From: a virus
DNA length: 64,000 nt
IMG/VR virus record: IMGVR_UViG_3300025138_000016
Reading direction: 5' to 3' (one strand)
The notes under the pieces were generated by a model that worked only from the letters and a program-made list of their open reading frames with translations, was not told the DNA's origin and did no database searches. This document shows positions 27,759 to 37,528 of the stretch, one piece after another; position 1 is the stretch's first letter; each line of letters starts with the position of its first letter. The translations under genes and the position numbers were made by a program.

Positions 27759-29245
27759 TATGTTTTACTCCCAGATGTATCAGCTGTTGCACCATTTGCT
27801 GTATGATGGTGACCATCAAGATCAATTCCATTAGCAAGGACTTGAACGCTCGCATCAACCGTTCCTGTGACATTTACATTGTTATTGATATTAGTTACAG
27901 ATGCAGTTATACCTTGAGTACTTGTTATTGCCATTGTTTGTGTATTACCTACAGTCATTGATTGATCATCCCCTGCATCAACCTTCTGACTCTTGACTGC
28001 TATTAATTGCATATTAGCGCTTGCTTTCATATTAACGTTATTAGCTGAACCAACATTAAGGTTATCAGCAAAACCTATATCACCTGTCTTAGCACCTATT
28101 AATGTCTCTTTACCAGCAATAATAGTATTTCTATTCTGATTACCTTGTATAGTAATAGGACCATTAATTGTCTCATTGTGCGCAGCACCTACAGATACAG
28201 TTTTGGAGGCAAGAATCGTTCTTATCTCGTGTCCTGATCCATCTTCATTTTCATTACCAACTCTAAATGCAGTATTACCATTTACTTGAGTGACTTGATC
28301 AGTTAATATTTCTGTTAAATGATTACCTTGAATCTTTTCTATCTTATCTTTTCGTACTGTTAAGAAGTAATTACCATCAATCTCTTCATACTTATCACCT
28401 TTTATAAAGAATTTAGCATCACCTTTAACGGTTATATTAAGGTTACCGCCTATCTGAATATTCTTATCTTTTATAACTATTTCGTAGTCAGACCCTACTA
28501 TTTTAGTGGATCTAGTACCGTCTGCCTGTGTCTCTTGAAAGCTTCCTGATGAATGGTATGAATGTATCCTTTGTGCTTTTGGTGAGTCGTCAAACTCTTC
28601 TACGTGTCCTGATTCAGTTTCTCGTACATGGTTAAGAGGGTATCTAGATGGGTATGTATTAGCATCGGTACTCTTTTCATAACCTCTTGGATGTGGTTCA
28701 TCCCATGTTATATTCTCATAGTCTGCAGTACCTTTATCATCTTGTAGTGATATCTTAGGTGCTTTTGCTGTAGCTACTTTCTCTACTCTTGATGCTCTTT
28801 TTGCTTTAAGTGTAGGATGATCTTCTGCTTTTTCTGATCTAGCTAAACGTGTTATATCTGGTTCATTTAAATAATCTTTCTTTGGATATGTTAATGTAGG
28901 ATCATTGAACCCTTTATCCATTGGTTCCTGAGTTGGAAAGCCAGCAATAGTACCAAGTATCAACGGCTTTTGATACTGTCCTTGATCCATAAAGAATCCA
29001 ATAACCCAGGCTCCTTCAACTATACCAGTTACTGGTCCACCAATACCTGTTGTTGTAGCACTATTTGGTGAATTAATAACAGTAGCCCAAGGTAGGTCGG
29101 CTGTAGCAACTTCACCTTTATTATCTGTATGAACACCATGAAATCTAACTTTAATACGTCCTGTTTTCATTGGATCGTTTCTATCTTCAACAACACCAAA
29201 ATGCCATTGAAATTTATTATAATCTAATGCACTATTTTCCGGCAT
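27758..29245 (-). CDS. gp5: Baseplate hub/central spike without lysozyme domain
   Basis: FGVVEDRNDPMKTGRIKVR OB-fold; YPLNHVRETESGH; beta-helix repeats; C-terminal LDGHHH. Confidence 0.9.
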   Translation of the reverse strand: MPENSALDYNKFQWHFGVVEDRNDPMKTGRIKVRFHGVHTDNKGEVATADLPWATVINSPNSATTTGIGGPVTGIVEGAWVIGFFMDQGQYQKPLILGTIAGFPTQEPMDKGFNDPTLTYPKKDYLNEPDITRLARSEKAEDHPTLKAKRASRVEKVATAKAPKISLQDDKGTADYENITWDEPHPRGYEKSTDANTYPSRYPLNHVRETESGHVEEFDDSPKAQRIHSYHSSGSFQETQADGTRSTKIVGSDYEIVIKDKNIQIGGNLNITVKGDAKFFIKGDKYEEIDGNYFLTVRKDKIEKIQGNHLTEILTDQVTQVNGNTAFRVGNENEDGSGHEIRTILASKTVSVGAAHNETINGPITIQGNQNRNTIIAGKETLIGAKTGDIGFADNLNVGSANNVNMKASANMQLIAVKSQKVDAGDDQSMTVGNTQTMAITSTQGITASVTNINNNVNVTGTVDASVQVLANGIDLDGHHHTANGATADTSGSKT

Positions 29246-30536
29246 AATTACTCCTCACTAACGTAGCAATACTTGTATATATTCCACTTACAAATATATG
29301 CTGAACGTCTTTTATTATATAAACACCTGATAGATTCTCATTTAAATCATATGCAGCACCTGGCTCTCTATCTGTTATTACCCTAGATGGAACAGTTATA
29401 TTAATTACTTGACCAGCAGTTAGTTCGCTATTACCTGCTACTGTAATCTGTACCATGTTAGAGTAAAAGAGTGCACTGCTTAATTTCTTCTGATTAATAG
29501 ATTCAGCTAAATTAGGTCTATTAGTTTTAAATCCATCTGTGTATATGTATTCAGTTGATGTAGGCTCTTTATTAAATGTATCTAAATACTTAGCAGGCAT
29601 TATTTGCTTTTTATCAAACCCAATATAATCAGTTGTATTAATTTTCTTCTCATGTACGGTGATATCTTTAAACATATAATCGATTTCATTCACACAACTA
29701 TGAAATGCACCTATGTTAGCATCACTATAAAGATTATTTTTAGTAAATTGTATTAAATTTTCAATCTGATATGACATTTCAATATTATCTGATGTATTAA
29801 CTCTTTGTTGTGCGGGCGCGTAAGTGTATGATAACATTTTTCTATTCACTTTACTCTTAAGAAAGCTTTTGCCGTCTGTTACAAGTGATTCTATATTACG
29901 GAAGTTATATCCATCTTTGTTTTGAAAAAATAAAAATTGACTTGAAGGATGTTTACTTGAATAGGTATACCCTCTCAAATATTCAATTGCTTTAAAAGGA
30001 CACTCATTTGGTATAATGAGATCAACAACACCTTCTGTATCATCTGTTTTTAATTTATAGCTTTCAGGCTCAGATAATTCTACAATTGCGTTATCTAAAG
30101 CATGATTAAATATTTTATCTGCTATGCTAGTTATTGTGTCAGAATATGCTGTGCCAATATTATTATATTCCTGGTCATAGCACAATTCATCAATACCAGC
30201 TATTGTATATTCGTATCGCTCTGTCTGTGGGTCAAAAAATAAACCACCGATATTTGTTATTCTAAATACATGCCTACGCGGTGTTAATTCTTTTACATAT
30301 GCTGGAGATCTCCACTCACAAAACAATACTTCTGTTCCGTCTAATAAACTATATGCATCTGATATACTCTCATGTATGTCAGCTTTAAACTGCATACTAT
30401 TTTGATTAATAGATTCAGTCACTGTAAAAGATGATAATGGACCGCCCATTAAATCAATAGCATTCTTTGTTTCTTGGTTAACAAGAATACATGCAGTTAG
30501 ATTATAATGACCCGGTTTGGGTAAAGGACTATTCAT
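29232..30536 (-). CDS. Baseplate hub protein, gp27-like
   Basis: Position between gp53 and gp5; FLFFQNKDGYNF, VAGNSELTAG, LSGVYIIKDVQHIF. Confidence 0.6.
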   Translation of the reverse strand: MNSPLPKPGHYNLTACILVNQETKNAIDLMGGPLSSFTVTESINQNSMQFKADIHESISDAYSLLDGTEVLFCEWRSPAYVKELTPRRHVFRITNIGGLFFDPQTERYEYTIAGIDELCYDQEYNNIGTAYSDTITSIADKIFNHALDNAIVELSEPESYKLKTDDTEGVVDLIIPNECPFKAIEYLRGYTYSSKHPSSQFLFFQNKDGYNFRNIESLVTDGKSFLKSKVNRKMLSYTYAPAQQRVNTSDNIEMSYQIENLIQFTKNNLYSDANIGAFHSCVNEIDYMFKDITVHEKKINTTDYIGFDKKQIMPAKYLDTFNKEPTSTEYIYTDGFKTNRPNLAESINQKKLSSALFYSNMVQITVAGNSELTAGQVINITVPSRVITDREPGAAYDLNENLSGVYIIKDVQHIFVSGIYTSIATLVRSNYAGK

Positions 30537-31038
30537 TTAAAGAAGCCAATAAGTTCTTTTCAGCTAAACTAGCATATGTCTTATCAAGCAACTTTATTAC
30601 CTTCTTCTTTTCATTATCTTCGTCTTCACGTGCGTATGAATAAATTGGTATCCAGCTTGATTTATCTGGATTAGAACTATAAGTATAAGTGTCAGTAGAA
30701 TAAAAAGTGCCTTCAGCATCTTTGTATCCTTCTAGGTTAGATTGAGCAGCTTCAATAGAGCCATATTTTTTCTTTAGAAATTTCTCGAATGAATACGTAT
30801 CCATATACCAATCATATACTGGATCAGTTATATCATTAGATAGGTACACAAGCCATGTTCTATCAACATTATTATAATAATCATGGGCTATTGTCCAAGG
30901 CTTATCAAATTCTTCTATAGTATAAGGTAAAAACACCATTTGATCACTGTTTATATCAGCCATTTTTACACGAGTTAATATATTTGTAACTGTAAACTCA
31001 TTATAGACTATCTTAGGTAAACTTTCAAAATATTTCAT
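30529..31038 (-). CDS. gp53: Baseplate wedge subunit
   Basis: MKYFESLPKIVY; IAHDYY...WLVYLSNDITDP.YDW LysM-like segment. Confidence 0.85.
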   Translation of the reverse strand: MKYFESLPKIVYNEFTVTNILTRVKMADINSDQMVFLPYTIEEFDKPWTIAHDYYNNVDRTWLVYLSNDITDPVYDWYMDTYSFEKFLKKKYGSIEAAQSNLEGYKDAEGTFYSTDTYTYSSNPDKSSWIPIYSYAREDEDNEKKKVIKLLDKTYASLAEKNLLASLNE

Positions 31039-32021
31039 TATCCTTCTGTTCCCTCATCACTTTCAAGTGCTTTAAAGTCTTCTTTAGTAATAACATCCAA
31101 TTCAGTCATTGTCATTTTTATTTTATATGATACTGGATTACCTGTATTTTGGAAGAAAGCAAGACCGCCTTCGTTATGATCTACTGTAAATGAACTAACT
31201 AAAGCAGGTTTATAAAATATATTTTGATCGTTATCAGGCATTAATAATGCACATGTAACTATTTCAGGATATTCCATTGCTATATTACCATCATCATAGA
31301 CTAATGCAGTTAAAGATGGATGAATAGCAGTTCTTATTTTTCTTATGATATTATTAAGAGATTTAGACTCTTGTGCATTTCTTGGTACAACTCTCCATTC
31401 AAATACATGCGTACGTAAATTAGGTCCTTTAAAAGCAGCTGCTAGCACTGGATTAAATATATTTCCAAGACCCGCTTCAATCGCGCTTATCATATTCTTT
31501 GGAGCTATCGTAGCAAATGCTTTACCTGCTGCTAAACCAGCTGCACCCATTTTTGGTACAAGTTTAGCCAAGCCTTGAATACCAGGTCTTACTCCTTGCC
31601 CGGCATCACCTTCATCAGAATTTCTTGCACCCTCTTCAGCTGTTCCTATAAGTCCTTGAAAATATGTATCCAATATACCTTTACCATCTCCGTCTCTGAC
31701 ATCACCTTCTAATGCAGTTTGCAAAGCTCTAACACCGCCCTGCTGAATAGCACCAATTTCTAAGTCAGCTGAAATATTAAGTGAATAGTCTTGTAGTAAA
31801 CTACTAGGTAATGGAAGAGCAATAGATTTATTTGTTTCTACTTTCTCAAAGTTACCATCACGTCCTGATACAAATTTATATTTAGAAAATTGCATTAAAA
31901 ACTTGTATTGTCCTAGATCAGAAGGAAATTGCGCCTGGTATAATGCCTGTCCAGTTTTGGAATCAGCTATCACCTCTTTTACAGTAGCAAATGCATGTCT
32001 TGTTGATTTAAAGTTTGGCAT
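31038..32021 (-). CDS. gp48: Baseplate tail tube cap
   Basis: IALPLP, NP...FKGPNLRTHVFEW..PRNAQES; adjacent to gp53. Confidence 0.8.
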   Translation of the reverse strand: MPNFKSTRHAFATVKEVIADSKTGQALYQAQFPSDLGQYKFLMQFSKYKFVSGRDGNFEKVETNKSIALPLPSSLLQDYSLNISADLEIGAIQQGGVRALQTALEGDVRDGDGKGILDTYFQGLIGTAEEGARNSDEGDAGQGVRPGIQGLAKLVPKMGAAGLAAGKAFATIAPKNMISAIEAGLGNIFNPVLAAAFKGPNLRTHVFEWRVVPRNAQESKSLNNIIRKIRTAIHPSLTALVYDDGNIAMEYPEIVTCALLMPDNDQNIFYKPALVSSFTVDHNEGGLAFFQNTGNPVSYKIKMTMTELDVITKEDFKALESDEGTEG

Positions 32022-32033
32022 AAATATCTCTAT

Positions 32034-32471
32034 ATGGCTTACAAAGGTTCTTTCAAACCTATTAATTCGTTTAAGTATTTAGGTAACCCTACAAATATTA
32101 TTTATCGAAGTAGATGGGAATTACGGTTAATGAGTTATCTGGATACTCACCCAGCGGTAATCGCGTGGTCGAGTGAAGAGCATGTTATACCCTACAGAAG
32201 TCCTATTGATAGAAGAGTACATAAGTATTACCCAGACTTCTATGTTAAGAGAAATGTGAACGGTAAAATAAAAGAGAGTCTTATTGAAGTAAAACCTAAG
32301 ATACAAACTATACCACCCAAGGTTAAGAAAGGTAATATAACTCGCAAGTATTTACATGAAGTAAAGACGTGGGGTATCAATGAAGCAAAATGGACAGCAG
32401 CAGCAGAATACTGCAAAGATCGGCATTGGGATTTTAAAATCATGACCGAATACGAATTAGGATTAAAATGA
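32034..32471 (+). CDS. gp4: Head completion protein (TnsA-like nuclease fold)
   Basis: YRSRWE, WSSEE..IPY.SPID, YYPDF, IEVKP, NEAKW. Confidence 0.92.
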   Translation: MAYKGSFKPINSFKYLGNPTNIIYRSRWELRLMSYLDTHPAVIAWSSEEHVIPYRSPIDRRVHKYYPDFYVKRNVNGKIKESLIEVKPKIQTIPPKVKKGNITRKYLHEVKTWGINEAKWTAAAEYCKDRHWDFKIMTEYELGLK

Positions 32472-33076
32472 AAAAGCGATTTATATTTTCTAGAATACTT
32501 GGTGATATGCTTGAACAGGATATAAAGCCTGGCTCACCTGCAGCGACAGAGTTTTTTGAAGCAAGAGCTAAGACGATGAAAAAAACAAATCCAGCTGAGT
32601 TAATTGAGAGAGTTAAAAAAAGAAAGCCAACTAAACCTGGTGGTATTGGTGATATGTTTATATTTCAATACGATCCAAAGTATAAAGATCAGCCTAAAAT
32701 ACTACCATATTACGATAGATTCCCCGTTATTATCATGTTTGATACGGGATTATCAGGGTTTATGGGGCTTAACTTCCATTATCTACCATACGCAGATAGG
32801 GCGTTATTTTTAGAGAGATTACGTATATTTAGTGATGGAACTGACTATGATGATCAATATCAACTAACAGACATTGATTGGTCCAATATAAAGCATGCTA
32901 CAGGTAATGTAAAATATTGGCGACCATGTATTAAACGTTACCTAAATAATAATGTAAAGGGAAGACTAATTAAAGTACATCCAGCCGAATGGGATCTTGT
33001 TCTATTGTTACCAATAGAAAGATTTGTTGGAGCAAGACGCCCAAGAGTATTCAAAGAATCTCAGGAAAAATACTAA
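32468..33076 (+). CDS. gp2: DNA end protector protein
   Basis: YDPKYK..LPYYDRFP, GLNFHYLP, CIKRYL. Confidence 0.9.
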   Translation: MKKRFIFSRILGDMLEQDIKPGSPAATEFFEARAKTMKKTNPAELIERVKKRKPTKPGGIGDMFIFQYDPKYKDQPKILPYYDRFPVIIMFDTGLSGFMGLNFHYLPYADRALFLERLRIFSDGTDYDDQYQLTDIDWSNIKHATGNVKYWRPCIKRYLNNNVKGRLIKVHPAEWDLVLLLPIERFVGARRPRVFKESQEKY

Positions 33077-33078
33077 TC

Positions 33079-33834
33079 ATGGCATTTGACATCAATGAAA
33101 TAAAAGCACAGGCAATTGGTACTGACTCACCAGTTGGTGGTTATGTACGTCCTAATTTATGTCTTGTTACAATAACTCCTCCAGCTGGAGCGGGTGAAAA
33201 AGTAAAGAATGCAATACCTGCATTAACATTCTTAGCATCTAATTTTGTTATACCAGGAATGAGTTTTAATACTGTAGATATCAAGAGACAAGGAATGGGT
33301 CTTCTTGAAAGAAGAACAACTGGTATTAATATAAGAACTTTACCAATAACATTTTTCCTTGATCAAAAAGGGTCAGTATTAAAATATCTTACTGGATTAT
33401 CAGAATTACAAACAGAATATAATCCATCTACTTTAACAATACCAGGAGGTGCAGGAAATGCATTTTATGGTGAAGTAGGTTATTTTGATTCTTATGCTTG
33501 CCAGATTCAAATACAAACATTTGCTCCTGAAGGTGATAAGATTATTGATTATATGGTTATTGATGCTACATTAGCTTCATATGATGATGTAGCTTTAGGA
33601 TGGGCTCAGAATAATGAAATAGCAACAGTAGTTGCACAGTTTAATTTTAGATCATTCACATCTAACTTTAGTGAGCCAACAAAAGACAGTCAAATTAGTA
33701 ATAGGTTAAATTTATTTCAATTTATTGCTAAGTATAAGGGAGCTATTGAAGTAATTAAGTCCCTTAAAAAACCAAGTGGAGTCGGTGACGCGCTCAACTT
33801 ATTAAATAATGCAAAAACATTAGGAATGTTTTGA
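33079..33834 (+). CDS. gp54: Baseplate tail tube initiator
   Basis: Start reassigned to ATG 33079 (MAFDINEIK) just after the gp2 stop; tube-like motifs RPN, IPG, LGW; gene order. Confidence 0.65.
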   Translation: MAFDINEIKAQAIGTDSPVGGYVRPNLCLVTITPPAGAGEKVKNAIPALTFLASNFVIPGMSFNTVDIKRQGMGLLERRTTGINIRTLPITFFLDQKGSVLKYLTGLSELQTEYNPSTLTIPGGAGNAFYGEVGYFDSYACQIQIQTFAPEGDKIIDYMVIDATLASYDDVALGWAQNNEIATVVAQFNFRSFTSNFSEPTKDSQISNRLNLFQFIAKYKGAIEVIKSLKKPSGVGDALNLLNNAKTLGMF

Positions 33835-33848
33835 AGAAGGAGTAAATA

Positions 33849-34595
33849 ATGCCATTACCTAAAATTGACGCGCCAGTCTTTGATCTGACGCTCCCTGTAT
33901 CTGGTACTAAAATAAAATATAGACCATTTACAGTTCGCGAAGAGAAAATTCTTCTTATCGCACAACAGCAGAAGGATGTAGCCGCTATATCCCAAAGTAT
34001 CAAGCAAGTAGTACAAAATTGCATATTAAACGATGTAACTATACAACATATACCTACTTTTGAAGTAGAATATCTGTTTATACGATTAAGATCAACATCT
34101 ATTAATAATGTAATAAAGCTAAACATTCAAGATCCTGATTTCGTACCAACTGAAGAGCAATCAGTCTTTTCAGCTGAAGTAGAGATTAATCTTGATGATG
34201 TAACAGTAGATCTTTCAAGAGAAGCTACTGATACAGTTAAATTAAATGATGAATATAATATTAAATTAAAATATCCAACGTATGATGACTTTGATAAAAT
34301 TAATGATGAAGAATTGGAAAAAGAACTAGCAACAGATATAGCATTTGATATGATAGGAAATACTATTGACTCAGTCTACTCTAATGGAGGAGATGAAGTA
34401 TTTGTCTTTAGTGATTATACTAAGACAGAAAAGAGAGAATTTCTTGAATCATTATCAAGTAAAAACTTTGCAGATATCCAAAAGTTTCTTTCAGCAGCAC
34501 CGGCAGTAAGCTATACAATTAGCTATATTAACCATGCTGGTGAAGAGAAATCTCGTGAGCTCCGAGGTCTCATCGATTTTTTTACGTTTGTCTAG
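33849..34595 (+). CDS. gp26: Baseplate hub assembly protein
   Basis: MPLPKI, YRPFTVREEKILL, EYLFIRLRSTS, GLIDFF. Confidence 0.85.
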   Translation: MPLPKIDAPVFDLTLPVSGTKIKYRPFTVREEKILLIAQQQKDVAAISQSIKQVVQNCILNDVTIQHIPTFEVEYLFIRLRSTSINNVIKLNIQDPDFVPTEEQSVFSAEVEINLDDVTVDLSREATDTVKLNDEYNIKLKYPTYDDFDKINDEELEKELATDIAFDMIGNTIDSVYSNGGDEVFVFSDYTKTEKREFLESLSSKNFADIQKFLSAAPAVSYTISYINHAGEEKSRELRGLIDFFTFV

Positions 34596-34765
34596 CCCAT
34601 ACGGATCTTGGTAATTATTACCAAACTAATTTTAACCTGGTGCAGCATCATAAATACTCGATAACAGAAGTGGAAAATATGTATCCATTCGAAAGAGACA
34701 TTTTTTTAGAGATGCTCGTCGACTGGATCAAAGCACAAGAAGAAATTCGAAATGGGAGAAATTAA
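34577..34765 (+). CDS. gp51: gp51-like reading frame with no start codon of its own; probably reached by -1 frameshift from gp26
   Basis: Not in ORF track. -1 frame reads FFYVCLAHTDLGNYYQTNFNLVQHHKYSITEVENMYPFERDIFLEMLVDWIKAQEEIRNGRN*; slippery T TTT TTT at 34577-34583. Confidence 0.75.
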   Translation, partial: FFYVCLAHTDLGNYYQTNFNLVQHHKYSITEVENMYPFERDIFLEMLVDWIKAQEEIRNGRN

Positions 34766-34766
34766 G

Positions 34767-35144
34767 ATGGCTGAAGAAGGAAAAGATACTAGCAGAAACG
34801 AAGTTGAGTTAGACTTAGAAAAATATATGGCATTGATCGAAAAGCTCGATGACCAAGAAGATAAGATTAAAGAAATGAAAGAAGAGGCATTAGCTGCTCG
34901 TAAACAGCTCGCGCCACCTAAAAGAACATTTGGTATGTTGTTTTTAGATGATAATGATGTGAATGAAAAAGCTATCATTGGATTCTGTTCTTTCTTTTTA
35001 ATGGTTGTATTCGGAATGGCTGATTTAGTTACAGCATTCTGGGATATGGACTTAAAAATCTCTGATACAATTTATACATCATTCGTTGTTGTGACGCTTG
35101 GTGCATTTGGTATATCAGAAGCTGGAAAAGCATTCGGGAAATAA
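34767..35144 (+). CDS. Two-TM membrane protein with N-terminal coiled coil
   Basis: Start moved to ATG 34767 (GGGAGA RBS); hydrophobic segments IIGFCSFFLMVVFGMA and IYTSFVVVTLGAFGI. Confidence 0.7.
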   Translation: MAEEGKDTSRNEVELDLEKYMALIEKLDDQEDKIKEMKEEALAARKQLAPPKRTFGMLFLDDNDVNEKAIIGFCSFFLMVVFGMADLVTAFWDMDLKISDTIYTSFVVVTLGAFGISEAGKAFGK

Positions 35145-35148
35145 TTAA

Positions 35149-37410
35149 ATGGCAGACGATACAGGAAGCGGCATACAAAGAAATAAACCCTTACCGAAAG
35201 GTATGGGTGATGGAAAATCTAATGCACAGGTTTTCGGTATCCTCGGTCAACAAGTAAAGCGCATAGGTGATTTACAAAGAGCAATAGTAAGTGGTAACCA
35301 AGCACTTATTGAACAGCTTAAAACCCAACATTCAGAAATAAAAAATTGCGATAGTGATCAATTACAAGTCTTATTTGATATTGATACAGCTATTCGTAAA
35401 ATTGGTCTTCAATTAGGTCCGATTGCAGCTGCTGCAATCGAAAAGGCAGAAGATATGAATCGAGGCTCATCAATAGTTGGACCAGGTCCAGGATCTATTG
35501 ATATAGGAGCTAATAAACTTGGTAAAGATGCTGATGGTGCAGGTAAAAAGGTAAATAGTTTAGCTTTAAGTGCAAATAATTTAAAGCAAAGACTTGTTGG
35601 TGGCGGTGGCGGTGCACTAGTCGGTTCAGCAGCTGGTGGATTAGCTGGCGGCGGTGTAATGGGAGCATTAACTACTGTTGGTATAGGTCTCGGTGTAGTT
35701 GGTATAGGTACTGGTCTCTTGACTGGTGCTTTATATCTAGGAGCTAAAGCAGTAGATAAATTTGGCGAAGGATTAATTAAAACAGCAGAAGGGTTAGATG
35801 ATCTTAACGATCTTGACCTGATACCATCCAGATTTGATAGAATAGGTGAAGCTATTCAAAATTTAATACCTGATAGTGGTTTAAAAGGTGTTATATCAGC
35901 TAGAATATTATCAGGCGCAGCCTTCAGCGATATGGCTAAAGGGCTTAATGATTTAAATAAAATTGATACTACTAATTTCGAAACTAATTTTGGTCGAATT
36001 GGTGGTGCTATTAATGAACTAACTAATAACGTTGGATTTGGTGGCGCAATTCAGCTTAGAATACTTGACGGTACAGCGTTTAATGATTTAGCAGCTGGAC
36101 TAGAAGCATTAGATGGTGCTGAGTTTGATACAGCTAGATTAGAAAAAGCAGGCGCAGGTATACGTGCATTAACAACAGGAGCTTCCAGTTTATTTGGTAA
36201 TCTCGGTGCTACTATTATAACAAGATTAGGTAGAGCGTCATTAGGTAGTGTAGCAGACGGACTTACGGCTTTAAGTAATGTTAATACAGATGACGACTTT
36301 GATCAGAGGATGGCTAAAGTTGGTCAGGGTATAAATCTTCTTGTTACAGATTCAACATCATTTAAAGGTGTTATAACAACTGGTCAGCTTACTACAATTG
36401 GTGAATCCTTACCATTAATAGCAGATGGTATTACAGATCTACAAGGACTTGGAGATGCAACTCAAGTAGCAGCTACTCTAACGCAGGTTGGTACAGGACT
36501 TAAGAGTTTCTTAGATAGTACTGGTAATATAACAGATGTTATGATGACTAAGCTATTAAATGATGAGACATTTGCGCAAATAGCTAAAGGTATTAATCAC
36601 TTAACGGCACTTAAGGTTGATGGTGATGGTGACTCTACAAAGGTAAGAGACTCATTAACTGCTCTTGGTACCGGGCTTGGTAACTTTCTTGATGGTACAG
36701 ATAACTTATCAGGCACATTCGGTGCTAAAATACTATCAGGTGATACACTAACAACACTAGCAACTGGTTTAAGTGAAATTAACAAATTAGATCTAGACAT
36801 AAGTAAATTTGAAAACATAGGTACGGCTGTTGATACACTAATCTCAGGATTGAGCGGAGAGATGGCAGCTGATAAAGGTGATGGAGCTTTAGCATTCTTA
36901 CAAGAACAACTTACTCGTGTTAGTGGTGTATTCAGAAATACATCAACACGAATTGTTTCTGGTCCTATAGCCGATATCGCTGAAGCAATGAAGCAGCTTG
37001 ATGCTGTTGATGCATTAGATCAAGAAATCTTAGCTAAGAATGCTGATACTATCATTAAAATTGTGCAAAACATACATGATGATATTATTACTGATGATTT
37101 TGACAATTTCGGCAACTTTATTGGTGAATTAAAAGAATTAGAGAAAATTGATATAAGAAGACTTAATCAGCTCGGTGAAACGCTAACTAAGTTTAATTTT
37201 ATTAATACACCACCAAAAGATATGAGTGCACAACCTAATACACAAGGTAAAACTCTATCTAATGATGCAGTAGCTCAAATCGTGAGCGCAGTTCAAATGG
37301 ATAACAGCAGTAGAACAGCTGTAGACAATTCTGTCACTACATCCACAACTAAAAACATATCTAGAGTAACAGTTAATCCTGTACCACATCGAATTATACT
37401 TTCTAAGTAA
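35149..37410 (+). CDS. Probable tail tape measure protein (gp29-like)
   Basis: 753 aa, Ala/Gly-rich helical repeats, Gly-rich hydrophobic stretch, downstream of gp26/gp51. Confidence 0.6.
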   Translation: MADDTGSGIQRNKPLPKGMGDGKSNAQVFGILGQQVKRIGDLQRAIVSGNQALIEQLKTQHSEIKNCDSDQLQVLFDIDTAIRKIGLQLGPIAAAAIEKAEDMNRGSSIVGPGPGSIDIGANKLGKDADGAGKKVNSLALSANNLKQRLVGGGGGALVGSAAGGLAGGGVMGALTTVGIGLGVVGIGTGLLTGALYLGAKAVDKFGEGLIKTAEGLDDLNDLDLIPSRFDRIGEAIQNLIPDSGLKGVISARILSGAAFSDMAKGLNDLNKIDTTNFETNFGRIGGAINELTNNVGFGGAIQLRILDGTAFNDLAAGLEALDGAEFDTARLEKAGAGIRALTTGASSLFGNLGATIITRLGRASLGSVADGLTALSNVNTDDDFDQRMAKVGQGINLLVTDSTSFKGVITTGQLTTIGESLPLIADGITDLQGLGDATQVAATLTQVGTGLKSFLDSTGNITDVMMTKLLNDETFAQIAKGINHLTALKVDGDGDSTKVRDSLTALGTGLGNFLDGTDNLSGTFGAKILSGDTLTTLATGLSEINKLDLDISKFENIGTAVDTLISGLSGEMAADKGDGALAFLQEQLTRVSGVFRNTSTRIVSGPIADIAEAMKQLDAVDALDQEILAKNADTIIKIVQNIHDDIITDDFDNFGNFIGELKELEKIDIRRLNQLGETLTKFNFINTPPKDMSAQPNTQGKTLSNDAVAQIVSAVQMDNSSRTAVDNSVTTSTTKNISRVTVNPVPHRIILSK

Positions 37411-37411
37411 A

Positions 37412-37487
37412 TGGTGCTGGTAGTCGGGTTCGAACTGACGACCTACTGATTACAAATCAGTTGCTCTACCTACTGAGCTATACCAGC
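37412..37487 (-). tRNA. tRNA-Thr(UGU)
   Basis: GCTGGTA/TACCAGC acceptor, ACTGA-TTTGTAA-TCAGT anticodon arm, TTCGAAC T-loop, encoded CCA. Confidence 0.96.
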
Positions 37488-37493
37488 TAAGTT

Positions 37494-37516
37494 AGGGGAG
37501 CACGATCGGCTCCCCT
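37494..37516 (-). other. GC-rich hairpin between gp32 and tRNA-Thr (processing or stability element)
   Basis: AGGGGAGC/GCTCCCCT 8-bp stem, no U-tract. Confidence 0.6.
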
Positions 37517-37528
37517 GAGAGATAGCTA

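Noticed and set aside
32989-33078. N-terminal extension of gp54 in the ORF track
   Set aside because: Overlaps gp2; ATG 33079 just after the gp2 stop is more plausible
37420-37440. A-C mismatch in the tRNA-Thr T-stem as a defect
   Set aside because: To my recollection the same mismatch is in E. coli tRNA-Thr(UGU); not evidence of a pseudogene
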